This document shows, piece after piece, positions 1-12,903 of a stretch of DNA of 64,000 nucleotides (positions are counted from its first letter, which is position 1; the number at the start of each line of letters is the position of its first letter). The position numbers were made by a program, and so were the translations under genes. The notes beneath the pieces are model-generated. The model saw only the letters and a list, made by a program, of their open reading frames with translations, searched no databases and was not told the DNA's origin. Source of the DNA: Scenedesmus sp. PABB004 (taxonomy: Eukaryota); NCBI GenBank assembly GCA_014905635.1, contig JABVCE010000012.1:620001-684000 (forward strand). The letters run 5' to 3'.

Positions 1-106
1 GGGCGCGGCGGCCGTGTGCAGCGCAGCACGGCCGAGCGCGGCGCAACCGCCCCCCGGGCTCACCCGCCGCGGCGCCGCCGCGGCGCGTGCCGCCCGGCCG
101 GCGCAG

Positions 107-3100
107 GGCGCTGCGCTTCCCCGGGTCGTGCGTGGCGGTGCTGCTGTACATCGTCGTCGCGGTGACCGCGGCGCCGGACAACCACGTCGGCACGCGCATC
201 TTCATCGCGGGCTTCATGATCGGACCCATGTGGCTCGGCCTCCTCACCGGCGGCGTCGTGGTGCGCGCGCCTCGGCGCGGCGGGCGCGCGGGCAGCGGGC
301 AGCGCCAGCCGCGGCCGAGCGCCGGCGGCGAGCCGCGGCGCCGTGCCGGCGGCGCGCGGCGTGCCGGCCGCGACGCCGCCGCCGCCGGCCGCGCGCCGCC
401 CGCGCCGCGCACAGGGCACGGTCGGCATGCTCGCGCCGAGCGGCGTGGGGCGGCTCGTCGTGCTGTCGACGCTCGGCCCCGCCGCGGTCGTGCCGTTTGC
501 GGTCACGCGCGTCGGCACGGGGCACCTCTACCTCTGGGCCATGGGCATGGTCACCGCGCTCTACGTGGGCATGCCCATAATTGCCGGCTGGCCCGCCCCC
601 ACGCTCGCCGTGTTCTGGATGCGCAGCGTCGTCTGGGTGTTTGCCGCCGCGGGCGTCGCGATGTTTGCCGGCGGCGCGCTCAGCATGGTCGTCGCGCCGT
701 CGCTCGCGTCGCACGCGGTGGGCGCGACGAGCAAGCGGCGCGCGGCGCGCGGCGCGCGGCGTGCGCGGGGCAGCCGCCGCCGCGGCGGCGGCGCCCCGCT
801 GCCCGGCCCGCGCGCGGGCTCACGCCCGCGCACCGCACCGCGCACCGCAGCTGGAGGGCGACGTCGCGGCCGCGCTGCGCGCGCTGGGACACCACCTCGG
901 CGCGACGGCGAGCCACCTGCTGCGCGGCGCGGACGCGCGCGCGCCGCTGCCGGCGCACCTCCAGGGCCTGCACCCGCTCGCGCTCGAGGACGCCGCCGGC
1001 ACGGCGCTCACGCCGGGCGTGCGCGAGCAGGACGGCATGGCCAACGTGCGGCGCCGCGCCGCGCCGCGCCGCGCCGCGCCGCGCCGCGCCGCACCGCGCT
1101 CGGGGCGGGGCCCGCGGGGCTCGCTCGCGCACGCCTCCGCGGCGCCCGAGCGCACGCCCGCGGCCCGCGCCCGCGCCGCCGCGCCCGCGCGCAGGCGAGC
1201 GTGCGTGACATGTACGTCGCGGTCATGGACTGGTTTGAGCACCTCAGCCGCCCGCCGCCGCCCGCCGCGGCGGCGGCGCGGTCCGCCGGCGCGCTGCCCT
1301 GCCTCGCGCGCAGCGACGGCGGCAGCAGCTTCGCGAGCAGCACCGCCGCCAAGAGCACCTTTTACGGCGCCGACGCGGCGGGTGCGCGCCTGGCCTGCCG
1401 CGGCCGGCTGCCTCGGCGCTCGCGCGCCGCTGCGGAAGGCGCCCGCCGTCGCACGCCGCCACGCGCGCGCTGCGCTGACCTGACGTGCCGGCGCCGCCGC
1501 CACCGCCCGCCAGGCCTGGCCGCCGCCGCGGTCGCGGCGGCCGCGGGGGACGTGTCGGACGCGGACGTGGACATCAACGGCGAGCAGTCTGACGACGGCG
1601 GTGAGCCCGGCGGCCGCGGCGGCAGCGGCGCGAGCCTGGGCCCCTTTGCGGCGCGGGCGTCGCGGCCCGGCAGCATCGCGGAGGGCCGGCCCGTCTCGGC
1701 CGGCGCGGGGCTTGGGCTGCGCCTGGCCAGCAGCAGGGAGGCGTCCGCGGGCGTGCGCGACCTGCGGCTGAGCTCGGGCCTGCGCGCCGCGTCGACCGTC
1801 GCCGTGCGCGCCAAGGCGGCCGCCACGGCCACCCGCGCGCCGAGCGACGGCGTCAAGTGGGCGGACAGCGTCGTCGGCGGCGGCGGCGGCGGCGGCGGCC
1901 CGCGCGGCGCGCCGACGCCGGCGCCGGGCATCGCCGCCGCGCGGCAGCTGCTGGCGCACGCGTTCCAGCTGCTTGACGCCGCCGCGTCGGAGCCGGGCTG
2001 GCTGCGCCACGGCGAGCGCCGCTTCGACCGCGCCGCGTGGGCGGCTGTCATCGGCAAGGCCCAGGCGCTCGCGCTGCGGTGCGGCGCCGCGCCCGCGCCC
2101 GCGCCGCCGGCCGCGCCCGCGCCGCGCGCCCACCGACCGCGCCGACCGCGCCCGCGGCCGCGCCCGCGCCCGCGCGCCCACCGTGTCCACCGACCGCGCC
2201 GACCGCGCCGACCGCGCCCGCGCCCGCGCCGCTGGCGCCGCCGCAGGCTCGCGGCGCTGGACCTGGTCCAGCACGAGTACATCGCTGTCATGGACACCAG
2301 CCACTCGTTTGCGATGAGCAGGGACATGGCCAACCTGCTGACGGCCATCTACGCCCACGCCGCGGCCGCGCTCGCGCTGCTCGCGGCCGCGGCGGCCGAC
2401 CGCGCCGGCGGCGCGGCGCGCCGCGACGGCGCCGAGGCGCTGCTGCAGGCGCGGCGGCGGCGGGGGCGCGCGCGCGGCGGCGCGCGCCGGCGCGGGGCGC
2501 GCGCCGACCCGGCCGCCGCCGCCGCCGCCGCGCAGTCGCCGGAGTGGCGGGGCTGCAAGGCGCGGCTGTGGGGCCACGTGCAGGCGGTGCTGCGGGGCTA
2601 CTGGCAGACGATTCACGACGCCACGCCCGACGCGCCGGTGCTCATCCCAAAGGCCTTCAAGGCGCGCCGCGCCCGCGCCGGCGCCGCGCCGGCGCCGCGG
2701 GGCCTGGCGGGGCCGCGCCCGCGCCGGCCCCCCGACGCGCGCGCGCCCGCGCCCGTCGCGCCGCCGCCTCAGGTGCGGCGCTGGATGTTTTTCCAGCTCG
2801 CCACGATGGACTTGGTGGACGCGGTGGACGCGCTCGCGGGTGCCGTGGCGACCGCGACCGCCCGCCCGCCGCGCCGCGCCGCGCTGCGGGGCGCGCTCTG
2901 GCGGCGGCGGCGCGGCGGCGCCGCGGCCGCCGCGGCCGCCGGGGCGGCGGCGGCGGCGGCCGAGCCCGCGCCCAAGGGCCAGCCGCAGACCGGCGGTGGC
3001 GGCGGCGCAGCGCCCGCGGCGTTCGACGTCGAGGCGGCGCCCGCTGCCGAGCGGCGCGCGCCCGTGCCGCCCGCGCCGCCCGCGCCGCCGCCGCCGCCGC

Positions 3101-6100
3101 TGGGCGCACGCCTGCGCGCGAGCGTGGCGGCGCACGCGCGCTGGATCGCGCCATGGCTGCCGATGGCGCTCAACATGGAGCAGGCCCGCCACCTGCGCGC
3201 GACGCTCACGCGCGACCTGCCCGCCATGCTCTCCAGCAAGCAGGGTGCGGCGCGCGCCGCACCCCCGCGCCGCGCCGCGCCGCGCCGCGCCCGCCGCTCC
3301 CCTCCCCCCTGCTCGGGCAGCGCCCAGCAGCCCGCTCAGCGCCCCCGCCCGCCTCGTTGCACCGCCCGGGGCGCGCGCCGCGCAGCGTTTGCGCGCCAGG
3401 TGCGCGGGCGGCGCTTCATCGCGGGCGTCAAGTATTGGTTTGTGCTCAGCGCCGTCATGGTCTCCCTGCTCGTCATGCAGCACGCCTTCCCCGCCTCGGC
3501 GCGGTGCGCCGCCGCGTGCTGCCCGCCGCGCCGCCGCCGGCGTCGCCCGTCCCCGCGCGCCGCCGCGCGCCGCCGCGCCGGCGGGCCCGCCGAGCGTCGC
3601 CGGGCGCCCGCTCGCTCCCCCCGCGCGCGCCGGGGCGGCAGGCTCGCGCCCAACTTTGGCTACTCTGCCGCCGCGGTGGGCATGTCGGACCGCGTCGAGT
3701 CGACCATGTACAAGGCGCGCCGCCAGGGTTTAGGGCGCGGGGCGCAGGGTTCAGGGCGCGGGGTTGTGGGTTCAGGGACTGACTCACCTTCACGGACGGG
3801 GTGGCGCCGCGCCCGTGCGCCCCCTCGGACCCACGTCGCCCGTCTGACCCCCCCCCCCCCGCCGCGGCCAGGTCTTCATCTGGGTGACGAGCTCCGTGCT
3901 CGGCGCGGTGCTCGGCGGGCTGCTGATGGCGCACGCGGGCGTCGCCAACAGCGCGCCCGCGCTCGCGGGCGTGCTCGCGGCCGTGTGCCTGCTCGTCGGC
4001 GCGGTCGGGCGGCAGCGCAACGCGCTCGTCACGCTCTTCACCCTCATGACCCTCGCCTCGGTCGTGCTCTGCCAGGCGCGCGCTGTGCACGCTGGGCGCG
4101 CTGTGCACGCTGGGCGCGCTGGGCGGGCAGCCAGGGTGGCAGCGAGGCGGGGAGAGAGCCAGGGAGGCAGGGGCCGGGGCGGCAGGGGCAGGGGAGGCGG
4201 CCAGGGCGCCCGGGGCGCCGCCGCCGGCGCCTCGCCGCCTCGCCGCCCGCCCGCCCTCCGGTTTGACGCCAGCGCCGCGCCCCCCTCCCGCCGCGCAGTT
4301 TGTCGGCTGCTGCGGGCACACCGGCTCCACGGCGATGGCCATAATGCGGGGCGGCTCGGTCGCGGCGGCCGCGCTCTTTGCGGCGGCGGTGCAAAACTTG
4401 GTTCTCCCCTGGTACACGTCTCAGTGGGCGGCGGAGCAGCTCGGCCTCGCGTTTGGCGAGGCCGCCGACCTGCTGGCGGAGCTGGTGTGCGAGCTCTACG
4501 ACGACGCGCACGCCCTGCTGCGCGCGCCGCCCGGCGGCGAGCCGGCGCACGGCGGCGGCGAGCAGGCGCAGCAGGGCGGCGGCGAGCAGGCGCAGCAGGG
4601 CGGCGGCGGCGAGCAGCAGCAGGGCAGCGGCGGCGAGCAGGCGCAGGGCGGCGGCGCGGGCGGCGGCAGTGGGGAGCGCGCGGCGCGCGTGCCGAGCCGG
4701 CTCGCGCGGCTCGACGCGGCGGTGCACCGCGCGCAGCAGCAGCTGCTCGAGCAGAGCGCGGCGCGCGCCGCGTCGGCCGACGGCGCGGCGCCGCCGCCAG
4801 GGGAGCCCCGGGCGGCGGGCGGCGGCGACGGCGGCGACGGCGGCGGCGGCGGCGAGGGCGCGGGGCCGCCTGACCCGCGCGTGCTGCTGCTGTCGGGGCC
4901 GTCCGGCATCGCCCCGCCCGGCGGGGGCCCGGCCGGCGGCGACCGGGACGGCCCGTCGCCGACGGCGCGCGCCTCGTTCGGGGGTTATGCCGGCGGCTTC
5001 GACGCCGACCGCGCGGCGCACACGCCGCTCAGCCCGGGCAGCTGGTCGGTGCTGGAAAGCATGCGCGGCCTGCTGGCGCAGCGCCGCAGCGCGCGCGCGG
5101 CGCGCCTCGGCGCCGGCGACGCCGGCGCCGCGCCGCGCGGCAAGGCCAGCAGCCCGGGGCAGCTGCAGGCGCGGCTGATGCGGCACCTCGTCCAGGCGCG
5201 GCGCGCGCTGCGCGCTGCGTGCTGCGTGCTGACGCGCGCGCCCTGCCGTCCGCTCGCTCACGTCGCGCGCCCCTCACGCCCGTCACGTGGGGCCGCAGGT
5301 CAAGATCAGCCTGCTGCTTGACACCACCTCGTGGCAGACGGGCCTCTACGCGACGCCGCCGGTGAGCGCCCGCCGGCGCCCACGCGCCCCGCCGGCGCCC
5401 ACGCGCCCCGCACCTGCGCCCGCGCCCTCCCCGCACCTGCGCCGCGCCCCGCGCCGCCGCGCCTCACGCCCGCCCGCGCGCCCATGCGGCCGGCCGCGCC
5501 TGGGACCTGGTGCCGCAGCTGGTGCTGCGGCTGATGCAGGCCATGTTTGACGTCGCCGACGCGCTCGGCGCGCTGCAGCAGGCCAGCGCGGTGCAGGTGC
5601 GCCGCGCCGCGCGCCGCGCGCCCCGCGGCGCAGGCGCCCGGCGCGCGCGCCCACGTGAGCACGGGGCCGCCGCGGCCGCCGCCGCCGCGCAGGTGGTTGA
5701 CCTGTCTGGCTCGTGGGACTGGACGCTGATGCACGTCGGCGGCGCGTGGGCGGCGCTGCTGACCGAGGTGCTGCGCCTGGCCGACGCGACGGCGGCGCAC
5801 CTCGCCGCGCCGTGCGCCGCGTCGGCCGCGGCGCTGCTCGCGGCGGTGCAGGAGGTGCAGCACCGCCGGTTCGAGTACTTTGCGCGCCAGAACGACCTGC
5901 GCCGCCTGCTGCACATCGCCATCGCGACCGACGACGGCCTCTATGCGGAGCAGATCACGCGCGGCAGCGCCGCGCAGCTCCAGGCGCGGCGGCGGCGGCG
6001 CTGCGCGGGCGTCGCGCCGCGGGCGGCGCGCCGCCGACGCCGCGTGCGCCGGCCGTCGACGCCGCGCCGCGCCGCGCCCCTGCGCGTGCGCGCAGGGGCA

Positions 6101-6197
6101 CATGCGCTTCAGCGCCGTGGTGTACGCGACGGCAAAGGTGCTCGACCGCGTGACGGCGGTCGCGCGCTGCGCGCTCGAGGCGGACGGCAAGCTCTGA
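107..6197 (+). CDS. Multi-pass membrane transporter, FUSC/ALMT (aromatic acid exporter)-like; ~16 exons visible, 5' end outside window
   Basis: Spliced exons give two hydrophobic helix clusters (YIVVAVTAAPDNHVG..FMIGPMWLGLLTGG..AGVAMFAGGALSMVVAP; FIAGVKYWFVLSAVMVSLLV..SDRVESTMYK|VFIWVTSSVLGAVLGGLLM..AAALFAAAVQNLVLPWYTS) separated by helical and low-complexity regions. Stop TGA at 6195-6197. Family call from topology only. Confidence 0.6.
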
Positions 6198-6872
6198 GTG
6201 TTTGCGGCCCGTCGCACCGGCAACCGCCCGGCCGCACGCCGCCTGGCCCCCGCCCCGGCAGCCGCGCGGCACGCGGGCGGCGGTGCAGGGCGCAGGGCGC
6301 AGGCGCCGCCCGGCCGGCTGCCCGCGCCGCCGCCGAGGAGGCCTCCCGCGCGCCGCCCCGCCGCCCACATCCGCCGCACTCAGCCCCTGCCGCACACGCA
6401 CACAAGCGCCGGCCGCGGCCCACACAGCGCCCGCACGCGCCGCGCCGCCGCCGCCCGCGCCCGCCCGCGCTGCTGCCCCCTGGCCAGGCGGGGCGCAGAC
6501 CTGCGGACTGGCCGTGCCGCCCAGCGCAGCGCCAGGCGAGCCGGGCGCGCGTGGGCGGGCGGGGAGGGCAGCGGCGGCGGGCGCCCGCCGCAGCGGCGGC
6601 GGGCGCCCGCCGCCGCCACGGCCCGCCGGCGGGCCGTGGTGCGAGGCGCCCGCCGCGGGCGGCGGGGGCACCGGCGGTGCGCGGCGGGCGGGCGTGTCGC
6701 GTGGGCCGCCGGGCTGGCGCGCCTCGGGCGTCGCTGGCAGGCCCGCCGCCGCCGCCGCGCCGGGGCGGGGGCGGGCGCCGCGCGCTGCTGCCGCTGCTGC
6801 GCTCACGCCGCGCTCGCGTGCTGCCGGCGCCGCCCCTGTTCCCTGCTGGCCCGCAGGCTGTCAGGTGGCACC

Positions 6873-7912
6873 ATGTCTGCTGCGCCGGACGGCATGCGGC
6901 GCGCCGGGCCGACCACACGCGCACAGGCTGCAGCACAGCAGCGAGCGCGGCGGCGCCAGCGGCAGCGCAGCGCAAGGCGGGCGCTGGCGAGAAGGCGGGC
7001 AGGTGGGCGCGCTCTGCTGCTGTTGTTGCTGGAGCGCCCCCGGTTGCCGCTGCTGGCCAGGCAGGCGCTGAGCAGCGAGCCAGAGCCAGGTCCAGCACGC
7101 ACCGCGCGCTGCCTCACCGCCGCACCCGCGCGCCCGCCGGCGCCGCCCGCGCCGCCCGCCAGCCCGCTGCCAGAGCTGCCCGAGCCGCTCATGCTCCACG
7201 CCCTGAGCCTCCTGCCGCCAGCCCTGCAGGCGTGGGCCGCCAAGCTGGTCTGCAAGGCGGCGCGCGAGCGCTTCCGCGGCGCCACAGTCGTCTCGCTGCG
7301 CTGCCCCGAGCTGCCGCTGGCGGCGGTGCAGAAGGCCTGGCGGGCGCTGGGGGTTGGCAGTTGGCAGCAGCGGCAGGAGCAGTGCCGGCTGGCAGAGGCG
7401 CGCGCGGCGTGCGGCGACGTGGCGGGGCTGGCCTGGCTGCGCGGCGCAGGCTGCAACATGCACGCGGTTGGATCGGGAGCAGCAGGCGCCGGCCGAATTG
7501 CCGTGCTGGAGTGGGCGCGCGGCGAGGGGCTCGCCCTGGAGGGCGTGTGTGGCGGAGCAGCCTGGGGCGGGCAGCTGGGTGTGCTGCGCTGGGCGCGCGC
7601 GCAGACGCCGCCGCTGCCCTGGGGCGACGGGGTGTGCTTCTACGCTGCGGAGCGCGGCGACCTGGAGATGCTGCGCTGGGTGCGCGCCCAGGCCGAGCCC
7701 GCGCCGTGGGACAAGGACGTGTGCTGTGTGGCGGCTGAGCACGGGCACCTGGAGACGCTGCGCTGGCTGCGCGCCGGCGGCGCAGCGAGTGTGAGGTCGT
7801 GGCGGCACAGCGCGGCCACGAGGCCGCGGTCGCGTGGATCCGGGCGCAGCCTGACTCGCCGGACGACGAGCCGGACTGGGGATTCGATCAGCTCAGCTCG
7901 GACGCCGACTGA
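6873..7912 (+). pseudogene. F-box + ankyrin-repeat protein, copy 1; apparent frameshifting deletion near 7780 (pseudogene or assembly error)
   Basis: F-box-like LPELPEPLMLHALSLLPP..AAKLVCKAARERF, then ankyrin-type repeats (AAWGGQLGVLRWAR, AAERGDLEMLRWVR, AAEHGHLETLRWLR). Compared with copy 2, the CPW segment is missing, and the homologous tail (ECEVVAAQRGHEAAVAWIRAQPDSPDD) continues in another frame to TGA 7910-7912. Confidence 0.7.
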
Positions 7913-8622
7913 GGTGGCTGGGCGAGGCGAGGGAGAAGGGGAAGTTGGCGGCGGCGAGGCGGTGCGTGCTGGCAACCGGCACACCGCGCACGCAGCGCGC
8001 CTGGGCGGGGGGCGGCGCACCCGCGCCGTCGCCGGGCGCTGGCGGCGGTGGCACGCTCGCCGCGCCGCGCCCGCCCGGCAGCCGCAGCACGTGGGCGGCG
8101 GTGCAGGGCCCAGGGCGCAGGCGCCGCCCGGCCGGCTGCCGCGACGCCGCCCCCGAGGAGGCCCCTCCGCGCGCGCCGCCGCCCACACAGCCGCCGCCCT
8201 CAGCACCCCTGCCACACGCACACAAGCGCCGGCCGCGGCCCACACAGCTCCCGCACGCGCCGCCGCCGCCCCGCGCCCGTGCCCGCCCGCGCTGCGCCCC
8301 TGGCCAGGCAGGGCGCGGAACTGGGGGCGCCTGGTGACTGGCTGGTGCCGCCCAGCGCAGCGCCAGGCGAGCCGGGCGCGCGCGGGCAGCGGCGGCGGGC
8401 GGGCTGCGCTGCGCGGCGCCCGCTGCGGGCGGCGGGGCCAGCGGCGCGCCGCGGCGGGCGGGCGTGTCGCGTGGGCCGCCGGGCCTGCGCGCCCCGGGCG
8501 CCGCTGGCGGGCCCGCCGCCGCGCCGCCGCGCCGGGGCGGGCCCGGGCGCTCGCTGCTGCTGCGCTCACGCCGCGCCCGCCCGCCCGCCGCCACCTGCCT
8601 GTGCTGGCCTGCTCCAGGTGCC

Positions 8623-9645
8623 ATGGCTGATCTTGCAATCTCCGTGGACAAGCTGACGCTCGAGACCAACGAAGCACCGGCAGGCCAGGCGCCCGGCGGC
8701 GAGGCGGCGGCGGAGAGGTGGGGCGTGGTGGTGCTGGCAGCTGCTGCTGGCCAGGAGGCCGAGCGCAAGCCAAAAGCTGCAGCACTCCCTGCCTCATGCC
8801 TCGCGCTCACCGCCGCCCGCCCGCCCGCCCCGCCCACGCTGCCAGCTCCGTGGGGCGGGACCTGCCTGAGCCGCTCGTGCTCCACGTCTTGAGCTTCCTG
8901 CCGCCGGCCCTGCGGGCGTGGGCCGCCAGGCTGGTCTGCAAGGCGGCGCGCGAGCGCTTCCGGGGCGCCAGGGTCGTCTCGCTGCGCTGCGCCGAGCTGC
9001 CGCTCGCGGCGGTGCACCAGTTCTGGTGGACGATGCGGGGTGGCCCAGACAGGTGGTTCCAGCAACGCCGGCTGGCAGAGGCGCGCGCGGCGTGCGGCGA
9101 CGTGGCTGGGCTGACCTGGCTGCGCGCCGCCGGCTGCAACATGGACTCGGTGCGCGATGCAGCAGCGCGCGCCGGCCAGATTGCTGTGCTGGAGTGGGCG
9201 CGCGGCCAGGGGCTGGACCTGCGGGAGGTGGCCAGGGAGGCAGCGCGCGCCGGCCAGATCGCCGTGCTGGAGTGGGCGCGGCGAGGCGCTGGACCTGCAG
9301 TTTGTGTGCAAGGATGCGGCCATTGGCGGGCAGCTGGCGGTGCTGCGCTGGGCGCGCGCGCAGGCGCCGCCGCTGCCCTGGGGCATTGTGTGCTGGTACG
9401 CTGCAGAACGAGGCGACCTGGAGATGCTGCGCTGGGCGCGCGCCCAGGCCGAGCCCGCGCCGTGGGACGAGTTTGTGTGCAAAGCGGCGGCTCAGGAGGG
9501 GCAGCTGGAGACGCTGCGCTGGCTGCGCGCGCACAGCTGCCCGTGGCGTCGCGCCGAGTGCGAGCGCAAGGCGATGGAATGCCGCCACTATGCCGTGGTC
9601 GGGTGGATCCGGGTGCAGCCTGCGTCGCCGGACGACGGCGTCTGA
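8623..9645 (+). pseudogene. F-box + ankyrin-repeat protein, copy 2; apparent 2-nt deletion near 9279
   Basis: DLPEPLVLHVLSFLPP..LVCKAARERF F-box-like motif and ankyrin repeats AARAGQIAVLEWAR x2, AAIGGQLAVLRWAR, AAERGDLEMLRWAR, AAQEGQLETLRWLR. The frame switches at gagtgggcgcggcgagg, whereas the preceding repeat reads gagtgggcgcgcggccagg. Confidence 0.7.
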
Positions 9646-9774
9646 CTGCGGCTGACTCGCGCGTGGCCGGAGTTGGAACTCACAGAGTTGCCTCGGACCG
9701 CCCGCCCGCGCCCGCCCGAGCCCCCTCCCCTGTCACCCTTGAGCTCGAGCTCAGCCCCCCTTTCACACCAGCGC

Positions 9775-12700
9775 TCAGCCCAGCTTCGGCCGCATGCCCG
9801 CGGGCTTGCAGACGCGCCACTCGGGGAAGGCCGCCAGCGGCACGCAGCCAAAGCCGCGCGCGCAGTGGCTGTCGGCCTCGCAGTAGCACGTGCGCGCGGC
9901 GTCGCAGCCGGGCGACAGCGGCGCGGGCGCGCGCGCGATGACGCGCGCCATCAGCGGCGGCTCAAACACCTTGCTCGGGTCGTGCCTGGCGGCGGCGGCG
10001 GCGGCGGCGGCGTGAGCCCGGCGGTGCGAGCCCGGCGGCGCGGGCCCGGCGGCGCGCCGCGTGCGCGGCGCCGCGCTCACTTGGCCTGCAGCTCCAGCTG
10101 CCTGTCAAAGAGGGGCAGGCGGTCCCGCACGGGGCAGCGCGGGTGCGCAAACGTGCGCTCAAAGTTCTTGCCCCAGTGTGGGCGGCCCTTGTACCTGCGC
10201 GGCGCGCACGCGGCGGCGTTGGTTGTGCGCGGGTGTCGGCGGCGGCGCGCGCGCGCTCTGTCCTGCGAGCAGCCCCCGCGCAGCGTTTGAAGGTTGCGGG
10301 TTTGGGCCGCGCCCGTGCTAAGCCCAGCGTGCGCACTTGCAGAGCGTGAGCTGCTCGAGCGCGTCCTGCATGAACTGGTACTTTGCCGGCACGCCGGGGA
10401 GCTTGCGCGTCTTGGTGAACGTCAGCTCGACGTACACGGGCGCGCGCATGCCGCTCGTGACGGCGCTGAAGTCCGACACCGCGCTGCCAAAGCGCACAAA
10501 GATGTACCCTCCAAACGGCATGCACCTGCGGCGGCGGCGTGCGCGGGGCGGGGCGCGGGGGCGTCGGCCCGCCAGGCGGCAGGGGCGGCTCCGCGGCGCG
10601 AGCGCGCGGCGGCGGCCGAGCCGTGCGCGCTGCGCGGCGGGGGCGCGCCTGTCGGGCGCGGCGCCGCGCTCGCGCAGGTCGGCGTCAAAGAGCGCCTTGA
10701 CGTCGGCCGCCCAGGCGGGGAAATCGGCCAGTTCGATCGCAAACTCGATGTCGTCCACCGTGAGCTCGCTGTTCCACAGGCAGTACGGCTCGCAGCCGCC
10801 CGACATCATCACGTTGGTCGACCCCACCGCCTTGACCTGGCGCGCGCGGCAGGGCGGGGCCGGGCGGCGAGGCGGGGAGAGGCGGCGTGTGTGGTGGGCG
10901 GTGAGCGGTGGCCGCGGGAGGGGCCCTGCAGTTGTTGAAGGTCGAGGCTGGCGGCGGCGCGTGCGCGCGCGGCGCGGCGCGGCGCGGCGCCGCACCTGCG
11001 CGACCGCGAGGTCGAGCGGCGCGCCCGGGACCTGGGGCACGAGGCTCTTGCTCGCCCAGCGCAGGTACGCGATGCTCGTGAGCGCGGTGAGGCAGTTGAG
11101 CGGGTTGAGCCCCGCCGACACGGCGGTGTCGTTCACGTCGGCCTGCAGTGGCAGCAGCACGAGCTGCGCGCGCGCGGCACGGCGCCGTCGGCGGTCGGGC
11201 TCGTGGTGCGTCACGCGCAGCGGAGGCGGCGGCGGCGGCGGCTTGTTATCAGACCACGGCCCTTGAGACCGCTCACCTGCATCGCGTTGGAGATGGGCGT
11301 CGGCAGCGGGAAGACCAGGCCCGCGTGGTCGCCCGGCTTGGCCTTCTCCGCCGTGGGGCTCATGAGGAAGGCGTTATACTTGCCCAGGTCGGGGCGCCAC
11401 ATCAGCGCGACGTTGGGCGCGGCCTGCGCGGTGCGCCGCGGTCGGCGCGGCGTCGGCGGAATGTGTGTGTGCGCGCGGGCCGCGGCGGCGGCGGTGGGGC
11501 GTGTGTGCGTGCGTGCGCGCGCCAGATTCGGCGGCCGCGCGCGCACCGCGAGCCACTTGGTCACGTCGGCGCCGATGGCCGCGTCGGGCAGGAGGTTGAC
11601 GCTGACCGCGGCGGTGTTGCCCGGCGGCGTGAGCTGGAGGACGACCTCGGTGATGATGCCGATCAGCCCCACGCCGCCTGCGCGCAATTGAGTGAGTGAG
11701 GGAGTGGGGGAGTGAGTGTGCGCAAGCGCTGACTGACTGAGTTTGCCGAGCGAGTGTGTGTGTTGGCAGCGCGCTGCCACGCAGCGCTGCGGGCGCCCGG
11801 GCGGCGCAGCCTCGCCGGCGGCGCGCGACCGCGCGCGCCGCGCACCCGCGAGGCCGCGGCCCTCGTCGCTGTGCCGCGCGCTCGTGTGCACGGCGCCCGC
11901 AGCGTCGACCCACGTGAACTCGAGCGCGACGTCGGCCTGCCGCGGGGGGGGGGGGGGGGGGGGCGAGCGCGGCGGTGGGCGTGGCGCGCGGCGGCAATGA
12001 CTGCGGCGCCGCCGCCGCCCGCCGCGCCAGCCGCCTGGCGCAACCGCGAGCCGGCGCTGCCCGCGCGGCGCCACGCGCGCGGCCGCACGCACGAGCGAGG
12101 AGGTGACGTTGACGCTGCCGGTGCCGTGGCCGTTGGCCGAGAGCACGCCGCCGATGGTGAGCTCGCCGTAGTTGGTCGGCGCGCCGGGCGCGAGCGCGTG
12201 GCCGTGCGCCTCGGCCCAGCGGAGCAGGTCAAGAACCTTGAGCCCCGCCTGCACGCGCACGGTGCGCGCTGAGTCATCGACGCCGAGCACCGAGCTCAGC
12301 CCCGGCCCGAGCAGCACCGCGACGCTCGACGGCGCCGCCGCGCTCGACGCCGGCGCCGGCGCGAGGCTGCTGGCAGAGGGGCAGGTGAAGGAGGCAGTGC
12401 TGTGGAAGACGCTGTGACGGCGCGCGGGGCGGGACACGGGGCGGAGCAGGGGTCGAGGTCGGGGGCGCGCCGCAGGAAGCCTCTGCCAGCCACAGCGGCA
12501 GCCGGCGCCGCCGCTCTCTGTGCCTGGCACCCGGCGGCGGCCGCCCACCTGCGGCTGGTGCGGATCTTGAGCGGCCGCCCGCTCGCCGCCGCCGCCTCGG
12601 CAAACTGCTTCACCGCGCCCGCCAGCTCCTGCGTGCTGCGCGGCGCCACCATCGCGTCGGCGTAGCAGGTGAACGCGCCGTAGACGTTCTTATAGCTCAC

Positions 12701-12903
12701 CGCCCCGGCCTGGGCGGCGCGGGCGGCGGGCGCGCGGAGGCAGTGAATGGCGCGGCGCGCCGCGGCGGCAGCCGCCGTCGCGGTGGCAGCCGCCGGCGCG
12801 GCAACGCGGCCGGCCGCCCACAGAGCAGGGGAGAGGTCACCTGTGCCGTCCCGGCTGCGGCCAGGCACAGCGCCGCCAGCGCAAGGCAGCGGCGCAGCGC
12901 CAT
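9775..12903 (-). CDS. Secreted FAD-linked oxidase, plant L-gulonolactone oxidase-like (ALO family); multi-exon
   Basis: Signal peptide MALRRCLALAALCLAAAG; FAD-binding PCMH motifs (PRSTQEL, VRVQAGLKVLDL, LTIGGVLSANGHGTG, GGVGLIGIITEVVLQL); RPHWGKN; DPSKVFE; Cys-rich C-terminus CDAARTCYCEADSHC as in plant GULO-like proteins. Confidence 0.85.

Larger units (their letters stand above)
6258..9645 (+). repeat. Diverged tandem duplication (~1.8-kb period) of the F-box/ankyrin locus including upstream non-coding DNA
   Basis: 6258-7870 and 8079-9640 share blocks such as cagggcgcaggcgccgcccggccggctgcc, cacacaagcgccggccgcggcccacacagc and gggcgtgtcgcgtgggccgccggg, plus the coding exon. Confidence 0.9.
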
